A stretch of 64,000 bases of DNA from Candidatus Enterousia sp. (GTDB lineage: Bacteria > Pseudomonadota > Alphaproteobacteria > Rs-D84): the NCBI GenBank assembly GCA_045613345.1, contig JAZLAT010000005.1, positions 203,263 through 267,262 on the forward strand, read 5' to 3'. Position numbers and translations under genes: made by a program. Shown one piece after another: positions 37,411-48,993 of this stretch (position 1 is its first letter; every line of letters begins with the position of its first letter). The notes beneath the pieces are model-generated. The model saw only the letters and a program-made list of their open reading frames with translations, was not told where the DNA came from and did not search any database.

Positions 37411-39924
37411 ATGGCTGAAAAATCCAAACTTACACCAGTAATGCAACAGTATGTGGATTTCAAACAAGAAAATCCCGATGCTTTGCTGATGTTTCGTTTG
37501 GGCGATTTTTATGAATCTTTCTTTGACGATGCAAAAATTATCAGTGAAAAATTGGGCTTGGTTTTGACTTCGCGCGGAACAGATGGCGATGGCGAAAATA
37601 TCCCTATGTGCGGGATTCCGTGGCATGCATCGGAAAACTATTTTGGGCGACTTGTAAGGGCAGGGTACAAATTGGCGTTGGTTGAACAAATGGAAACCCC
37701 CGCCCAAGCCAAAGAACGTGGTCACAAATTTATCGAACGAAAAATTATTCGTGTATTGACGCCCGGAACATTAACCGATGAAAATTTATTGTCGCCGAAA
37801 AATTCAAATTTCTTGGTGGCAATTTTGCCAACGGGTGGCGCAGGTTTTGATATTGCGGGTTGCGATATTTCCACCGGCGAATTTTTTGTTGGAAAGACAC
37901 AAGACATCATTGATGATTTAGTGCGGCTTGGGCCCGCCGAAGTAATATATCCATCAATGGATGCAGAAAATGAAAAGATATTAGATATTCGCGATATGTT
38001 CAAGGCAACGCCTGTGTTCGAAAAGATTTATCATCGGGCCGATATTGACACTATTATTAACGCGGTCTTTGCGGCGGGGGTGCGTGACGGAAATAACGCG
38101 GCGGTCGGACTGCTTGCGGGATATTTGTTTAATACGCAACGCGGTGCAAGTCTTACATTTCGTGCGCCTTATGAATTTAAATCTGGGGCGCAGGTTCTGA
38201 TTGATTCGGCGACATGGAAAAGTTTGGAAATAGATGCACCAATAAATGATGGCGGTCGATGTCTGCTTGATGTGTTGGATAAAACAAAAACCGCGGCGGG
38301 TGCGCGAAAACTGCGTGCATATATGCGGAATTTGACCGCAGATGTGGCGGAAATAAGATTGCGCCAAGAACATATTTCGCACCTTGTTTTGAATTCTGAT
38401 GTGCGTGGTATGGCGGTTGATATGCTGACGCATGTGCCGGATGTTGGGCGTGCGCTGGCACGGCTTTTGTCGGGGCGGGGGACGCCGCGTGATATGCGAA
38501 ATATTACGGATTTTATGATAGAGTTGCCAAATATTAAAATGCTGGCACCGCGTATGTCTGCGGGTTTGGGGCAACGTTTGGAATCAATCAATACTCACAA
38601 TGAATTGGCGCACCAGTTGAATTCTGCATTGGTTGAAGAATTACCGACATTCTTTCGTGACGGTGGCGTTATTCGTGATGGATTTGATGCGGGGCTGGAC
38701 AGTGTGCGCGCACTTTCGCATGGCGCAAAAGATACTATTGCAGAATTACAGGCGGAATATGCAAACACAACCGATATTCATACATTGAAAATCAAGTTCA
38801 ATAATGTTATGGGGTATTTTATTGAAGTCCCATCTTCGCGCGCATTTGAAATGATGAAACCTGAATCTGGGTTTATACATCGTCAAACTATGACGGGCAA
38901 TGTACGTTTTACTACTGCGCGTTTGGTAGAGTTGGATAATGATATTCGGTCGGCATCTGATCGTGCGGCGGCGATAGAGGCAAATATCATAGAAACGTTT
39001 ATTTCGGCAATTCGTGCGGTTGCAGATGATTTGTTGGCATCGGCGGACATATTGGCAGACATTGATACATGGTGTTCTTTGGCGACGGTCGCATCGGAAT
39101 GGGATTGGGTTTGTCCGACGATTACCGAAGGACGTGACTTTAATATTATTGGTGGTCGCCATCCGGTCATAGAATCTGCGTTGCGCATGCACGGGGACAG
39201 TTTTGTGAAAAATGATTGTAATCTTGATGTAAATCCAATTGCGCTTATTACGGGACCAAATATGGCGGGAAAGTCAACTTATTTGCGCCAAAATGCGATT
39301 TTGGTTGTGTTGGCGCATATGGGGTCTTTTGTTCCGGCAACGACGGCGACTATTGGCATATGTGACCAATTGTTCAGTCGCGTTGGCGCATCAGATAATT
39401 TGGCGGCGGGTCAATCAACATTTATGGTAGAAATGGGCGAAACGGCAAATATATTGCGGCGCGCAACACCACGGTCTTTTATCATATTTGATGAAATTGG
39501 GCGCGGAACAGCAACATATGATGGTATGGCAATTGCCCAAGCAGTATTGGAATATATTAATGATTTATCACCACGCACGCTGTTTGCGACGCACTATCAT
39601 GAATTGACGGGGCTGGCGGCGGGGCAGGGTGGAAATTTAAATAAAGTATCGTGTCTTACCATTGATGTGCGCGAGCATAATAATGAAATCGTATTTATGC
39701 ACCGCATAGTGCCGGGGGTTGCAAATCGGTCTTATGGTATACATGTTGCGCAAATGGCGGGCATGCCGGAATCAGTGGTCGCACGTGCAGAATCTGTCCT
39801 GGCGGGACTTGAAGGTTCAAAATCTTTGCCCCAAAATTGCCAGGCATCGCGTGTTGCGCCCTGTGTAAAATCGCCGGCGGCTGATTCGCCCCAGTTGTCT
39901 TTGTTTGGAGCATTGGGGGGATAA
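37411..39924 (+). CDS. mutS: DNA mismatch repair protein MutS
   Basis: 837 aa: TPVMQQYVDFKQENPDALLMFRLGDFYESFFDDA, Walker A GPNMAGKSTYLRQ, and STFMVEM. Confidence 0.9.
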   Translation: MAEKSKLTPVMQQYVDFKQENPDALLMFRLGDFYESFFDDAKIISEKLGLVLTSRGTDGDGENIPMCGIPWHASENYFGRLVRAGYKLALVEQMETPAQAKERGHKFIERKIIRVLTPGTLTDENLLSPKNSNFLVAILPTGGAGFDIAGCDISTGEFFVGKTQDIIDDLVRLGPAEVIYPSMDAENEKILDIRDMFKATPVFEKIYHRADIDTIINAVFAAGVRDGNNAAVGLLAGYLFNTQRGASLTFRAPYEFKSGAQVLIDSATWKSLEIDAPINDGGRCLLDVLDKTKTAAGARKLRAYMRNLTADVAEIRLRQEHISHLVLNSDVRGMAVDMLTHVPDVGRALARLLSGRGTPRDMRNITDFMIELPNIKMLAPRMSAGLGQRLESINTHNELAHQLNSALVEELPTFFRDGGVIRDGFDAGLDSVRALSHGAKDTIAELQAEYANTTDIHTLKIKFNNVMGYFIEVPSSRAFEMMKPESGFIHRQTMTGNVRFTTARLVELDNDIRSASDRAAAIEANIIETFISAIRAVADDLLASADILADIDTWCSLATVASEWDWVCPTITEGRDFNIIGGRHPVIESALRMHGDSFVKNDCNLDVNPIALITGPNMAGKSTYLRQNAILVVLAHMGSFVPATTATIGICDQLFSRVGASDNLAAGQSTFMVEMGETANILRRATPRSFIIFDEIGRGTATYDGMAIAQAVLEYINDLSPRTLFATHYHELTGLAAGQGGNLNKVSCLTIDVREHNNEIVFMHRIVPGVANRSYGIHVAQMAGMPESVVARAESVLAGLEGSKSLPQNCQASRVAPCVKSPAADSPQLSLFGALGG

Positions 39925-39927
39925 TTT

Positions 39928-40797
39928 ATGGACGGTTGGATTATTCTTGATAAACCCAGTGGCGTTTTTTCTAAAACGGCGGCAATGCGTGCAGCCAGGA
40001 TTTTTGACACCAAAAAGAATGGGCATATCGGCACATTGGATCCTATGGCAACGGGCGTTTTACCAATTGCGATTGGGAACGCGACAAAAATGGTTCCTTT
40101 TGTCGAAGAATTTTGCGACCAAAAAAAAGAATATTTGTTTTCTGTGCGGTTTGGGTTTGAAACAGATACTTTGGATAAAACCGGAACCGAAACCAAAAGG
40201 AACGATATTATACCAACCGAAATTGATGTGCGCGCAGTTTTGCCAAAATTTATCGGTAAAATTATGCAAACTCCGCCGTTGTTCAGTGCGGTGCACATTG
40301 CGGGGCGTCGTGCGTATGAATTGGCGCGTTCGGGCGAAAGCATTGAAATTCCACCCCGTCGGGTAGAAATATACGAATTGGAATTGGTTGGTGTTGCGGA
40401 TGGAATATGGAATTTCCGTATGGTCTGTGCGCCGGGAACATATGTGCGAAGTGTCGCACGCGATATTGCGTATGAATTGGACACTTTGGCGACGGTTGAA
40501 TCTATACACCGCACGCGCACCAGTGGCTTTGAAATAAAAGATGCGGTAAAACTTGATTTTTTGGAAAATCTGTTCAATAATGGGGCTGATGTCGGGCAAT
40601 ACCTGGCACCGGTGGATTTTGGACTGGGGGACATTCCGGTCCTAAGTCTGGACGGCGGATTTGTCAAATTGTATAAAAATGGCGGGTTCGTTCGTGTCAA
40701 CGGCGCAGATGGCATACGGCGCGTGTATTCAAACGGTGTATTCATCGGAATTGGTACGGTTGCGGATGGCGTTTTGCGTCCAACAAGAACACTTTAA
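39928..40797 (+). CDS. truB: tRNA pseudouridine(55) synthase TruB
   Basis: [52 protein letters not shown]. Confidence 0.9.
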   Translation: MDGWIILDKPSGVFSKTAAMRAARIFDTKKNGHIGTLDPMATGVLPIAIGNATKMVPFVEEFCDQKKEYLFSVRFGFETDTLDKTGTETKRNDIIPTEIDVRAVLPKFIGKIMQTPPLFSAVHIAGRRAYELARSGESIEIPPRRVEIYELELVGVADGIWNFRMVCAPGTYVRSVARDIAYELDTLATVESIHRTRTSGFEIKDAVKLDFLENLFNNGADVGQYLAPVDFGLGDIPVLSLDGGFVKLYKNGGFVRVNGADGIRRVYSNGVFIGIGTVADGVLRPTRTL

Positions 40798-40814
40798 CAA
40801 AAAAGGAAAACATA

Positions 40815-41087
40815 ATGTCCATAACAAAAGAAAAAAAGACTGAAATCATCAATGCGTTCAAAATGGGCGAACACGATAACGGTGGTTCTGTGGAATCCCA
40901 GGTTGCGGTTTTGACCGAACGTATTCGTAACTTGACCGAACACATGAAGAAAAATCATAAAGATTTGCATTCACGTCGCGGTCTGTTGATGATGGTCAAT
41001 CGCCGTAAAAAGTTACTTGCGTATATCAAGAAACGTAATGAAGGCGAATACGAAGAACTGATTAAAAAATTGGGTCTGCGTAAATAA
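40815..41087 (+). CDS. rpsO: 30S ribosomal protein S15
   Basis: 90 aa: [50 protein letters not shown]. Confidence 0.9.
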   Translation: MSITKEKKTEIINAFKMGEHDNGGSVESQVAVLTERIRNLTEHMKKNHKDLHSRRGLLMMVNRRKKLLAYIKKRNEGEYEELIKKLGLRK

Positions 41088-41110
41088 TTTGTGTAAAATT
41101 TTATACATTT

Positions 41111-41141
41111 ATGTCGACGAAATTTCGTCGACATTTTTTTG
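41111..41141 (+). terminator. Rho-independent terminator (ATGTCGACGAAATTTCGTCGACAT with a T-run) after rpsO
   Basis: Read directly. Confidence 0.6.
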
Positions 41142-41288
41142 TATGCGAACAAAAAAGTTTCAATAATATCTTCAAAGATAAAAATGCAGGGAAATAATAA
41201 GTTTTTAATAATGGTTTTGTGTTACTTTTTCTCTTTTATTTTTTTATGATCTGTGATATAATAAATTGATACCAAAAGGGGTCAGAGA

Positions 41289-44200
41289 ATGAATATATTT
41301 ACGAAAACTGTTGGAATTTTGTCTGTTTTTTGCGCGGTTGGGCCATGTATGGCGGCACTTCGTGCGGGTGGTACAAATACCCAAAACGCGACCGGCCGTG
41401 TTTCTGTTGCAACCACAACGGGCACATCGGCGGCGCGTCGTTTGCCGACATTGTTAAAGGGGACAACCACTACAACTGATACATCGTCTGATTCTTCTTT
41501 GTTGGGACGTGACGATTGTATTGAACAGTATGACGAATGTATCAAAGACGCAAATGTTTGCGGGGCAAATTTCGAAGAATGTACAACGGCGGAATTGTTC
41601 TATGCCAAAAAACCCCAATGCAATAATGTGTTGTTACAGTGCGGAACCGCGGGTATCAACGCCTTGTTCGGGACGTCAAATATCACAGATTTATCGGCGG
41701 ATAATATTGGTGTTTACCCCACAAGCGGAAGCTTGGTCGGGCAATATATCGAAGCCGGTCATTTGGCCAACTTGTATGATACGGGAACATGTGTTCGGCG
41801 TGTGACGTCATGTTTGCAAAAAGACAATGTATGCGGTTCTGAATTTGAACTTTGCACAAGTAACAATGAATTCAAAAAGCAACGCGTATTCTGTGAATCG
41901 AACATCGCGCGGTGTCAAGAAGATGGTATCCGTGAATTGTTCGGTTCGACCGACGCGTCATCTACCCCTGTTGAGGGCAGTCGCCTGCGTATATTGATTG
42001 ACGAAGGTGCAGATTTGGCGGCGGCAAACGCGGTTGACACATGTCATCGTATTGCTGACCAGTGCATATTGAATGCATGCAAGGCGAATCCGTACAAGTG
42101 CCTTGATGGCAGTAATGTATTAACCATAAACATTGTTGACGCAATAAACAGTGGGGCGTCTGTATCGGAAGAGCAAGCCAAAGGTGCGGCGGCTGTAACA
42201 TCCAAAGGAGAAGTAAATCGTTATATATACAGTCAATGCAGTGATACAATCGGGGGCAGCAAGTATTGCTATATGAATGCAAATGGTGGCAAAATTCCGA
42301 CGGCGTCACAATTGAAAGATGAATATATTCGTGACGAAGTTTTTGCAGATACTTATGAATGGGTAAAAAAGGCGGGTTTAGATGCAAAACTTAAAGAATT
42401 AAAAGAAAATTTTGATACCGAAGCCAAGGATAAATGTGCGGAAACACTTATGTCGTGCGCAATGAGTTCTTGTGGCGGTGGATTTGAAGCTGCATGCTAT
42501 GGAAAAGTGTACGGCAAAGACCCAAGTGGAACAGAATCAATAAATAAAACTGGTACGTATACAGAAATTCAACGCGGATGCGAAGCAATCGTGAATACTG
42601 ATGCAAATTGTCAGTATGCGGCGGCGGTGACAGATACGTATCAATATAATAACAAAGAAGTATTTACGACATTGTTCCCAAAATATACACAAGGTTACGA
42701 AGATCCAATTGGGGTTATTGCCAAGTTAAATGGTTCTTTGGCACAAACATATAATTCCGCGGCGATCGAGAGAATAGCGGACAGTTGCCGTGATAATGTG
42801 GAAGAGTGCATCATAAGTGAATGCGGTTCTGATTATAGTATGTGTTATCGTAATCGTTCGGATATTATGAGTGACACTTACGCGACAAGTGGAACCGATG
42901 TAACAAGCCTTAATACATTTGATGCAAGTATGAACAAGGTTGGTGGTGTTTTGGACTTTACAATTGTTCGTGGTTTGTGCATGGGTGATGTTGAAAAGTC
43001 GTCTGCATGTAATGAACACCTTAGAATCCAAGCGGCAAGAAATGATACCGGCAATGGTTGGGCCGGTGTGAAAAAAACCACGGTGGGCTCAACGTGGGCA
43101 GATACCGCCAAAGGGTATAGTTTGAAAGAAGTCGAATACAATGATGCTGATGACAAACTTTGTGTTGCGACCCCTGACGATTCTAAATGTTCGGTTGATG
43201 AAGCATCGGATCCGCACGAATGTGGCACGGTTGCAGATGGTTGCAAATATGATCAACCTATAACTTACAAAGATTATTTGTTGACGCTTAGTCGTGATAC
43301 GTTATTCCGCGAGGTTGTAGATAGAGTAGAAAAGAATGCCCAGTCGATGTATAACGCGCAACTGACCAAGGAACAAAATATGTGCCGTGCCGCGAACAAT
43401 GGTGGTGTTATGGGACGTAACGATATGGCCAGCACATATATGTGGGTGAAATTGAATTCACGCAAAGTTCCAAAGAATTACAGCGTCACTGGATTAAAGG
43501 CAAATGAATTCAAACCAAGTAACGATTTGTATGGTTCGTTCTGTCGTGCACGTGTCACGGTTCAGTCCGATGACCCAGATATACAAAACGCATTACAGAA
43601 AGGCGCGAATTGGTCCACGGCATACTTTGCGGTTGGTGATATGTTCACCTGCGGTTCCTGGATTCCACAAGATAAATTGGAAGAAATTGCGATAAATGTC
43701 GCATGCAAGAAAGCAAAAGCAGAAGGTAAAATAAAAGCCGATGCATCTTGTACTGGCGCCGATAGTGTGGGTATGACAACCGGTCAGAAATGGGCGACGG
43801 CGGCATCAGCAATCGGCTCGGCTGCGTTGGGTGGTGTCGGTATGGATTTGCTGCAAACCAAGACCGGATTGGGTGGGTTGGTGACAACTAAGAATTATAC
43901 GTCCAGCGAAGAAAATGCGATAAGTGCATCTATTGGTGCGGCAGAGGCCATTTACAATACAAATTGCACAGGAAATTCACCGAAATGTTCTGATGGCAGG
44001 AAGTGTTTTAGTGTTAGGACCGGCTTTAGTGGATCTAATATAACAAACACTTATACTTTCAATAAGGATAATGATAATTATCAGTATACGTGTGCAGATA
44101 TTAACAGTTATATAGATAAACAGTACAGTTTGTTAGGAATAAATAGAACGACAGGTGAGAGGTCTGGTAATTGGTGGCAGAAAAATGGCAAGCGTGCAAC

Positions 44201-44399
44201 TGTTGATGCGGTGGGCGCTATTGGACTTGGTATAACTGGTGGATTGGCGGTTGGTAAAAACATCAAGGCGGCAAATCGTCAAGAATTTACCAAAGATCAG
44301 CAAGAATTTATGAACCAAGTTGGCGACCATATCTATTGCTTTGTTGGTGCGGACGAAGCCGGAAAATACGGTGACCTGAACGAAATAAGTTTGGATTAA
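41289..44399 (+). CDS. Large cysteine-rich secreted protein of unknown function
   Basis: 1036 aa. Signal peptide MNIFTKTVGILSVFCAVGPCMA. Repeated C-x2-4-C modules (DDCIEQYDECIKDANVCGANFEECT; VTSCLQKDNVCGSEFELCT; ADQCILNACKANPYKCLD; CAETLMSCAMSSCGGGFEAACYG; DSCRDNVEECIISECGSDYSMCY). The C-terminal region is Gly-rich (AIGLGITGGLAVGKN). No TM segment lies beyond the signal peptide, and no family was recognised. Confidence 0.5.
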   Translation: MNIFTKTVGILSVFCAVGPCMAALRAGGTNTQNATGRVSVATTTGTSAARRLPTLLKGTTTTTDTSSDSSLLGRDDCIEQYDECIKDANVCGANFEECTTAELFYAKKPQCNNVLLQCGTAGINALFGTSNITDLSADNIGVYPTSGSLVGQYIEAGHLANLYDTGTCVRRVTSCLQKDNVCGSEFELCTSNNEFKKQRVFCESNIARCQEDGIRELFGSTDASSTPVEGSRLRILIDEGADLAAANAVDTCHRIADQCILNACKANPYKCLDGSNVLTINIVDAINSGASVSEEQAKGAAAVTSKGEVNRYIYSQCSDTIGGSKYCYMNANGGKIPTASQLKDEYIRDEVFADTYEWVKKAGLDAKLKELKENFDTEAKDKCAETLMSCAMSSCGGGFEAACYGKVYGKDPSGTESINKTGTYTEIQRGCEAIVNTDANCQYAAAVTDTYQYNNKEVFTTLFPKYTQGYEDPIGVIAKLNGSLAQTYNSAAIERIADSCRDNVEECIISECGSDYSMCYRNRSDIMSDTYATSGTDVTSLNTFDASMNKVGGVLDFTIVRGLCMGDVEKSSACNEHLRIQAARNDTGNGWAGVKKTTVGSTWADTAKGYSLKEVEYNDADDKLCVATPDDSKCSVDEASDPHECGTVADGCKYDQPITYKDYLLTLSRDTLFREVVDRVEKNAQSMYNAQLTKEQNMCRAANNGGVMGRNDMASTYMWVKLNSRKVPKNYSVTGLKANEFKPSNDLYGSFCRARVTVQSDDPDIQNALQKGANWSTAYFAVGDMFTCGSWIPQDKLEEIAINVACKKAKAEGKIKADASCTGADSVGMTTGQKWATAASAIGSAALGGVGMDLLQTKTGLGGLVTTKNYTSSEENAISASIGAAEAIYNTNCTGNSPKCSDGRKCFSVRTGFSGSNITNTYTFNKDNDNYQYTCADINSYIDKQYSLLGINRTTGERSGNWWQKNGKRATVDAVGAIGLGITGGLAVGKNIKAANRQEFTKDQQEFMNQVGDHIYCFVGADEAGKYGDLNEISLD

Positions 44400-44650
44400 T
44401 CCCCTTGGTGGCTTGGTATTGCTGGCACACATCAGTGTGCCAGTATTATTTTTCAGAAATTTAATATAAAACAAAATATAAATAGCGCTGTGTACGAATA
44501 TCTGTTGTTTTTTTGTCCGTAATTTTCACTGTTGTTTGGATTTTTCTTAGGAAAACAAACATAATAAAAATCCTTGTCCTAGGAAGTTATTTCAACTATA
44601 ATAAGAATACATACTTTAGTTCTAGTATAATACAAAAGGAGAAAGAAAAA

Positions 44651-44899
44651 ATGACTCATGAAGAATTATGGCGGGCGATTGTCGAATTGGCGGCTTCAAA
44701 AAATATGTCTTGTTCGGGGCTTGCGAAGTTTGCAGGGCTTGACGCGACAACGTTTAATAAAAGCAAACGGTTCAGTAAATATGGTCAACCCCGTTGGCCG
44801 TCGACATACAGTTTGGCAAAGGTTCTTAATGCAACGGGTATTACAATGTCTGAATTTGTCCGCTTTATGCCCGAACATAATAAAGAAATGGGAAATTAA
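44651..44899 (+). CDS. Small HTH (XRE/Cro-like) DNA-binding protein
   Basis: 83 aa starting MTHEELWRAIVELAASKNMSCSGLAKFAGLDATTFNKSKR, with RBS AAAGGAGAAAG. The tracked ORF begins 46 codons upstream in AT-rich sequence. Confidence 0.5.
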   Translation: MTHEELWRAIVELAASKNMSCSGLAKFAGLDATTFNKSKRFSKYGQPRWPSTYSLAKVLNATGITMSEFVRFMPEHNKEMGN

Positions 44900-44948
44900 A
44901 AACCGCCAATCGGCGGTTTTCACTAACCACTTACGCTGACCACCAGCA

Positions 44949-44950
<2 letters not shown>
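44898..44950 (+). repeat. Hairpin terminator (AAAACCGCCAATCGGCGGTTTT) followed by an inverted AGTG-repeat unit (CACTAACCACTTACGCTGACCACCAGCACTAAT)
   Basis: Read directly between the HTH gene and the mreB stop. Confidence 0.5.
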
Positions 44951-46492
<1,542 letters not shown>

Positions 46493-46509
<17 letters not shown>

Positions 46510-46729
46510 ATTTCCACGGTATATTGGGCTTGGACTAATTTGGGTTTACCAAAGATTTATTTCGCCCGCATTCGGTGGTCGTGCCGCGTGCCGATTTATA
46601 CCGACATGCAGCGAATATACCAAAACCGCGATTTTGCGATATGGTTTGTTTCGCGGAAGCATTATGGGTATGCGGCGGATTATGCGTTGCAGACCGGGCG
46701 GTGGGTTTGGATTTGACCCTGTGCCTTGA
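46493..46729 (+). CDS. yidD: Membrane protein insertion efficiency factor YidD
   Basis: LIWVYQRFISPAFGGRAACRFIPTCSEYTKTAILRYGLFRGSIMGMRRIMRCRPGGGFGFDPVP. The start overlaps the rnpA 3' end. Confidence 0.8.
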
Positions 46730-46791
46730 CAATTAGTCTTTTTTCTCTTAGAATTTATATAATATCGTAAAATTTTACAAAAGGATTAGAT

Positions 46792-47238
46792 ATGTCATTT
46801 CGTTCAACCGTAGAATCTATGTCGAAAATCATGGATGATATGGGGATTACAGAACTTGATTTGGAACGCCAATTTTTGTTTGGCGTGTATCGCAAACATA
46901 TTCATTTATCAAAACAAACAGCAACGGCGGTTGCTATGCCGGCATTGCCGACTTCGGACACCGCAAAGCACACAACCAGTGAACCTTCGGATGCGACGAC
47001 ATCGGGTTACGCGTTGAAATCGCCGATGGTTGGGGTTGCGTATTTGTCGCCTGAACCGGGTGCCAAGCCTTTTACCAAGGTTGGTGCGCAAATCAAGGCG
47101 GGTGATACCGTAATTTTGGTCGAAGCAATGAAGACCTTTAACCCGATTAAATCTGACAAAGACGGCGTCGTCAAAGAAATCTTGGTTTCCGACGGTGCGG
47201 CGGTCGAATTTGACCAACCATTGATTATTATCGAGTAA
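46792..47238 (+). CDS. accB: Acetyl-CoA carboxylase biotin carboxyl carrier protein
   Basis: Biotinyl domain with EAMKTFNPIKSDKDGVVKEILVSDGAAVEFDQPLIIIE. Confidence 0.85.
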   Translation: MSFRSTVESMSKIMDDMGITELDLERQFLFGVYRKHIHLSKQTATAVAMPALPTSDTAKHTTSEPSDATTSGYALKSPMVGVAYLSPEPGAKPFTKVGAQIKAGDTVILVEAMKTFNPIKSDKDGVVKEILVSDGAAVEFDQPLIIIE

Positions 47239-47242
47239 TATT

Positions 47243-48610
47243 ATGCCAAAAATTAAAAAAGTTTTAATTGCCAATCGTGGCGAAATTGCGTTGCGCATAA
47301 TTCGTGCGTGCCGCGATATGGGCATTCGCACGGTTGCGGTGTATTCTACCGCCGATCGTGATGCGATGCATGTGCAGTTGGCGGATGAATCTGTATGCAT
47401 TGGTCCGGCACAGTCGCGCGAATCTTATTTGAATGAATCGGCAATATTGACGGCGGCGTTATTGACCAATGCGGACGCGATTCACCCGGGATATGGCTTT
47501 TTGTCTGAACGCGCGGACTTTGTGCAAAAGGTAGAACAGCACGGTCTGATATGGATTGGACCGGATGCCGCGATGATAAATAAAATGGGCGACAAAGTGA
47601 ACGCCAAACGGACGGCGATTGAATGCGGACTGCCCGTGGTTCCGGGTTCGGACGGTTCGGTTGACACATTGGAAGACGCGTTAAAATGGGGTGAAAAAAT
47701 CGGATATCCCGTTATGTTAAAGGCATCCGCCGGTGGTGGTGGTCGTGGTATGCGTCCCGTGATGTCCGCGGACCAAATGGCAGAAGCATTTGAAATCACC
47801 AAGAACGAAGCACGCAGTGGCTTTGGTGATGACACATTGTATATGGAAAAATTATTGTTGCACCCGCGGCATATCGAATTCCAAGTCTTGGGTGACAAGC
47901 ACGGAAATGTTGTTATATTTGGCGAACGCGATTGTTCGCTGCAACGCAAGAATCAAAAGGTAATGGAAGAATGCCCCGCCGCGGCACTGACCCAGAAACA
48001 GCGCGACGACATGATTGAAATTTGCAAAACGGCGGCGAAAAAGATGGGCTATACGAATGCCGGCACTTTTGAATTTATGTACGAAGACGGAAAATTCTAT
48101 TTCTTGGAAATGAACACTCGGTTGCAAGTTGAACATCCGGTAACCGAAATGGTGTATGGTGTTGACCTTGTGCGCGAACAGATTCGTATTGCCGCCGGTG
48201 AAAAGTTGGGATATACCCAATCGAATGTAATTCCGCACGGGCATGCAATAGAATTTCGTATCAATGCCGAAGACCCCGAAACTTTTGTTCCAAATCCCGG
48301 CAAGATAACGCTTTATGCGCCGTCGGGCGGGTTGGGCGTTCGCGTGGACAGTGCGGTTTATACCGGTTACACAATTCCGCCAACATATGATTCAATGATT
48401 GCGAAACTGATTGTGCATGGGCAATCGCGGTCGGCGTGTATTATGCGTGCGGAACGTGCGTTGGACGAATTTGTTATCGAAGGTGTCAAGACGACAATAC
48501 CATTGCAAAAAAAATTATTGGGCAATCGCGATGTGCGAACATTGAACTTTGATAACCATTGGTTAGAAGGGTATTTAAATAAAGAAAATAAAAAAGAATC
48601 TAAAAAATGA
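47243..48610 (+). CDS. accC: Acetyl-CoA carboxylase biotin carboxylase subunit
   Basis: KVLIANRGEIALRIIRACRDMGIRTVAVYSTADRDAMHV...MLKASAGGGGRGMR...EMNTRLQVEHPVTE. Confidence 0.9.
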   Translation: MPKIKKVLIANRGEIALRIIRACRDMGIRTVAVYSTADRDAMHVQLADESVCIGPAQSRESYLNESAILTAALLTNADAIHPGYGFLSERADFVQKVEQHGLIWIGPDAAMINKMGDKVNAKRTAIECGLPVVPGSDGSVDTLEDALKWGEKIGYPVMLKASAGGGGRGMRPVMSADQMAEAFEITKNEARSGFGDDTLYMEKLLLHPRHIEFQVLGDKHGNVVIFGERDCSLQRKNQKVMEECPAAALTQKQRDDMIEICKTAAKKMGYTNAGTFEFMYEDGKFYFLEMNTRLQVEHPVTEMVYGVDLVREQIRIAAGEKLGYTQSNVIPHGHAIEFRINAEDPETFVPNPGKITLYAPSGGLGVRVDSAVYTGYTIPPTYDSMIAKLIVHGQSRSACIMRAERALDEFVIEGVKTTIPLQKKLLGNRDVRTLNFDNHWLEGYLNKENKKESKK

Positions 48611-48611
48611 T

Positions 48612-48640
48612 AAAACCGCCGAAATCGGCGGTATTTTTTT
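48612..48640 (+). terminator. Rho-independent terminator (CCGCCGAAATCGGCGG with a T-run) after accC
   Basis: Read directly. Confidence 0.6.
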
Positions 48641-48886
48641 ATTGCGTAAAATTCAAGAAATGTGTAATATAGTGATGACGCGTGATGAACGTGTTTGGGC
48701 GTAGAAACCCATAATTTCACGATGTCCGACAAGGACGAAAACTCCAACCAAAATGGTTGGAGGGGGACGAATAAATTGAATAATCCCGGCTATTTTTCGT
48801 GAATTATAGTTTCTAACCTCCAACCGCTTCGTTTCGCTGCGGTTTTTCAATATAAAAAAGCAAGGAAAAATGTTCGAAATAAAAAG

Positions 48887-48960
48887 AGATATTCCAGAAA
48901 CTGTCATTGCGGACACCGTTCCGCAACGCCATGACAGTATCAAAAGTAACAAAGATATAA
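48887..48960 (+). promoter_or_regulatory. Conserved leader element, short form, upstream of secreted paralog B
   Basis: GATATTCCAGAAACTGTCATTGCGGACACCGTTCCGCAACGCCATGACAGTATCAAAAGTAACAAAGATATAAC. It is homologous to 33811-33960. The arms are ACTGTCAT / ATGACAGT, with a central hairpin GCGGA-CACCGT-TCCGC. Confidence 0.45.
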
Positions 48961-48993
48961 CATAATAAAAAACAAACCAAAAGGAGGGCAAAA

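Noticed and set aside
39732-40745. 337-aa ORF on the minus strand
   Set aside because: It is entirely antisense to the confidently identified truB and mutS 3' end. The translation is low-complexity and Pro/Ser/Arg-rich, with no RBS.
47482-48244. ORFs of 130-155 aa antisense to accC
   Set aside because: They overlap the biotin carboxylase gene, and no independent evidence supports them.
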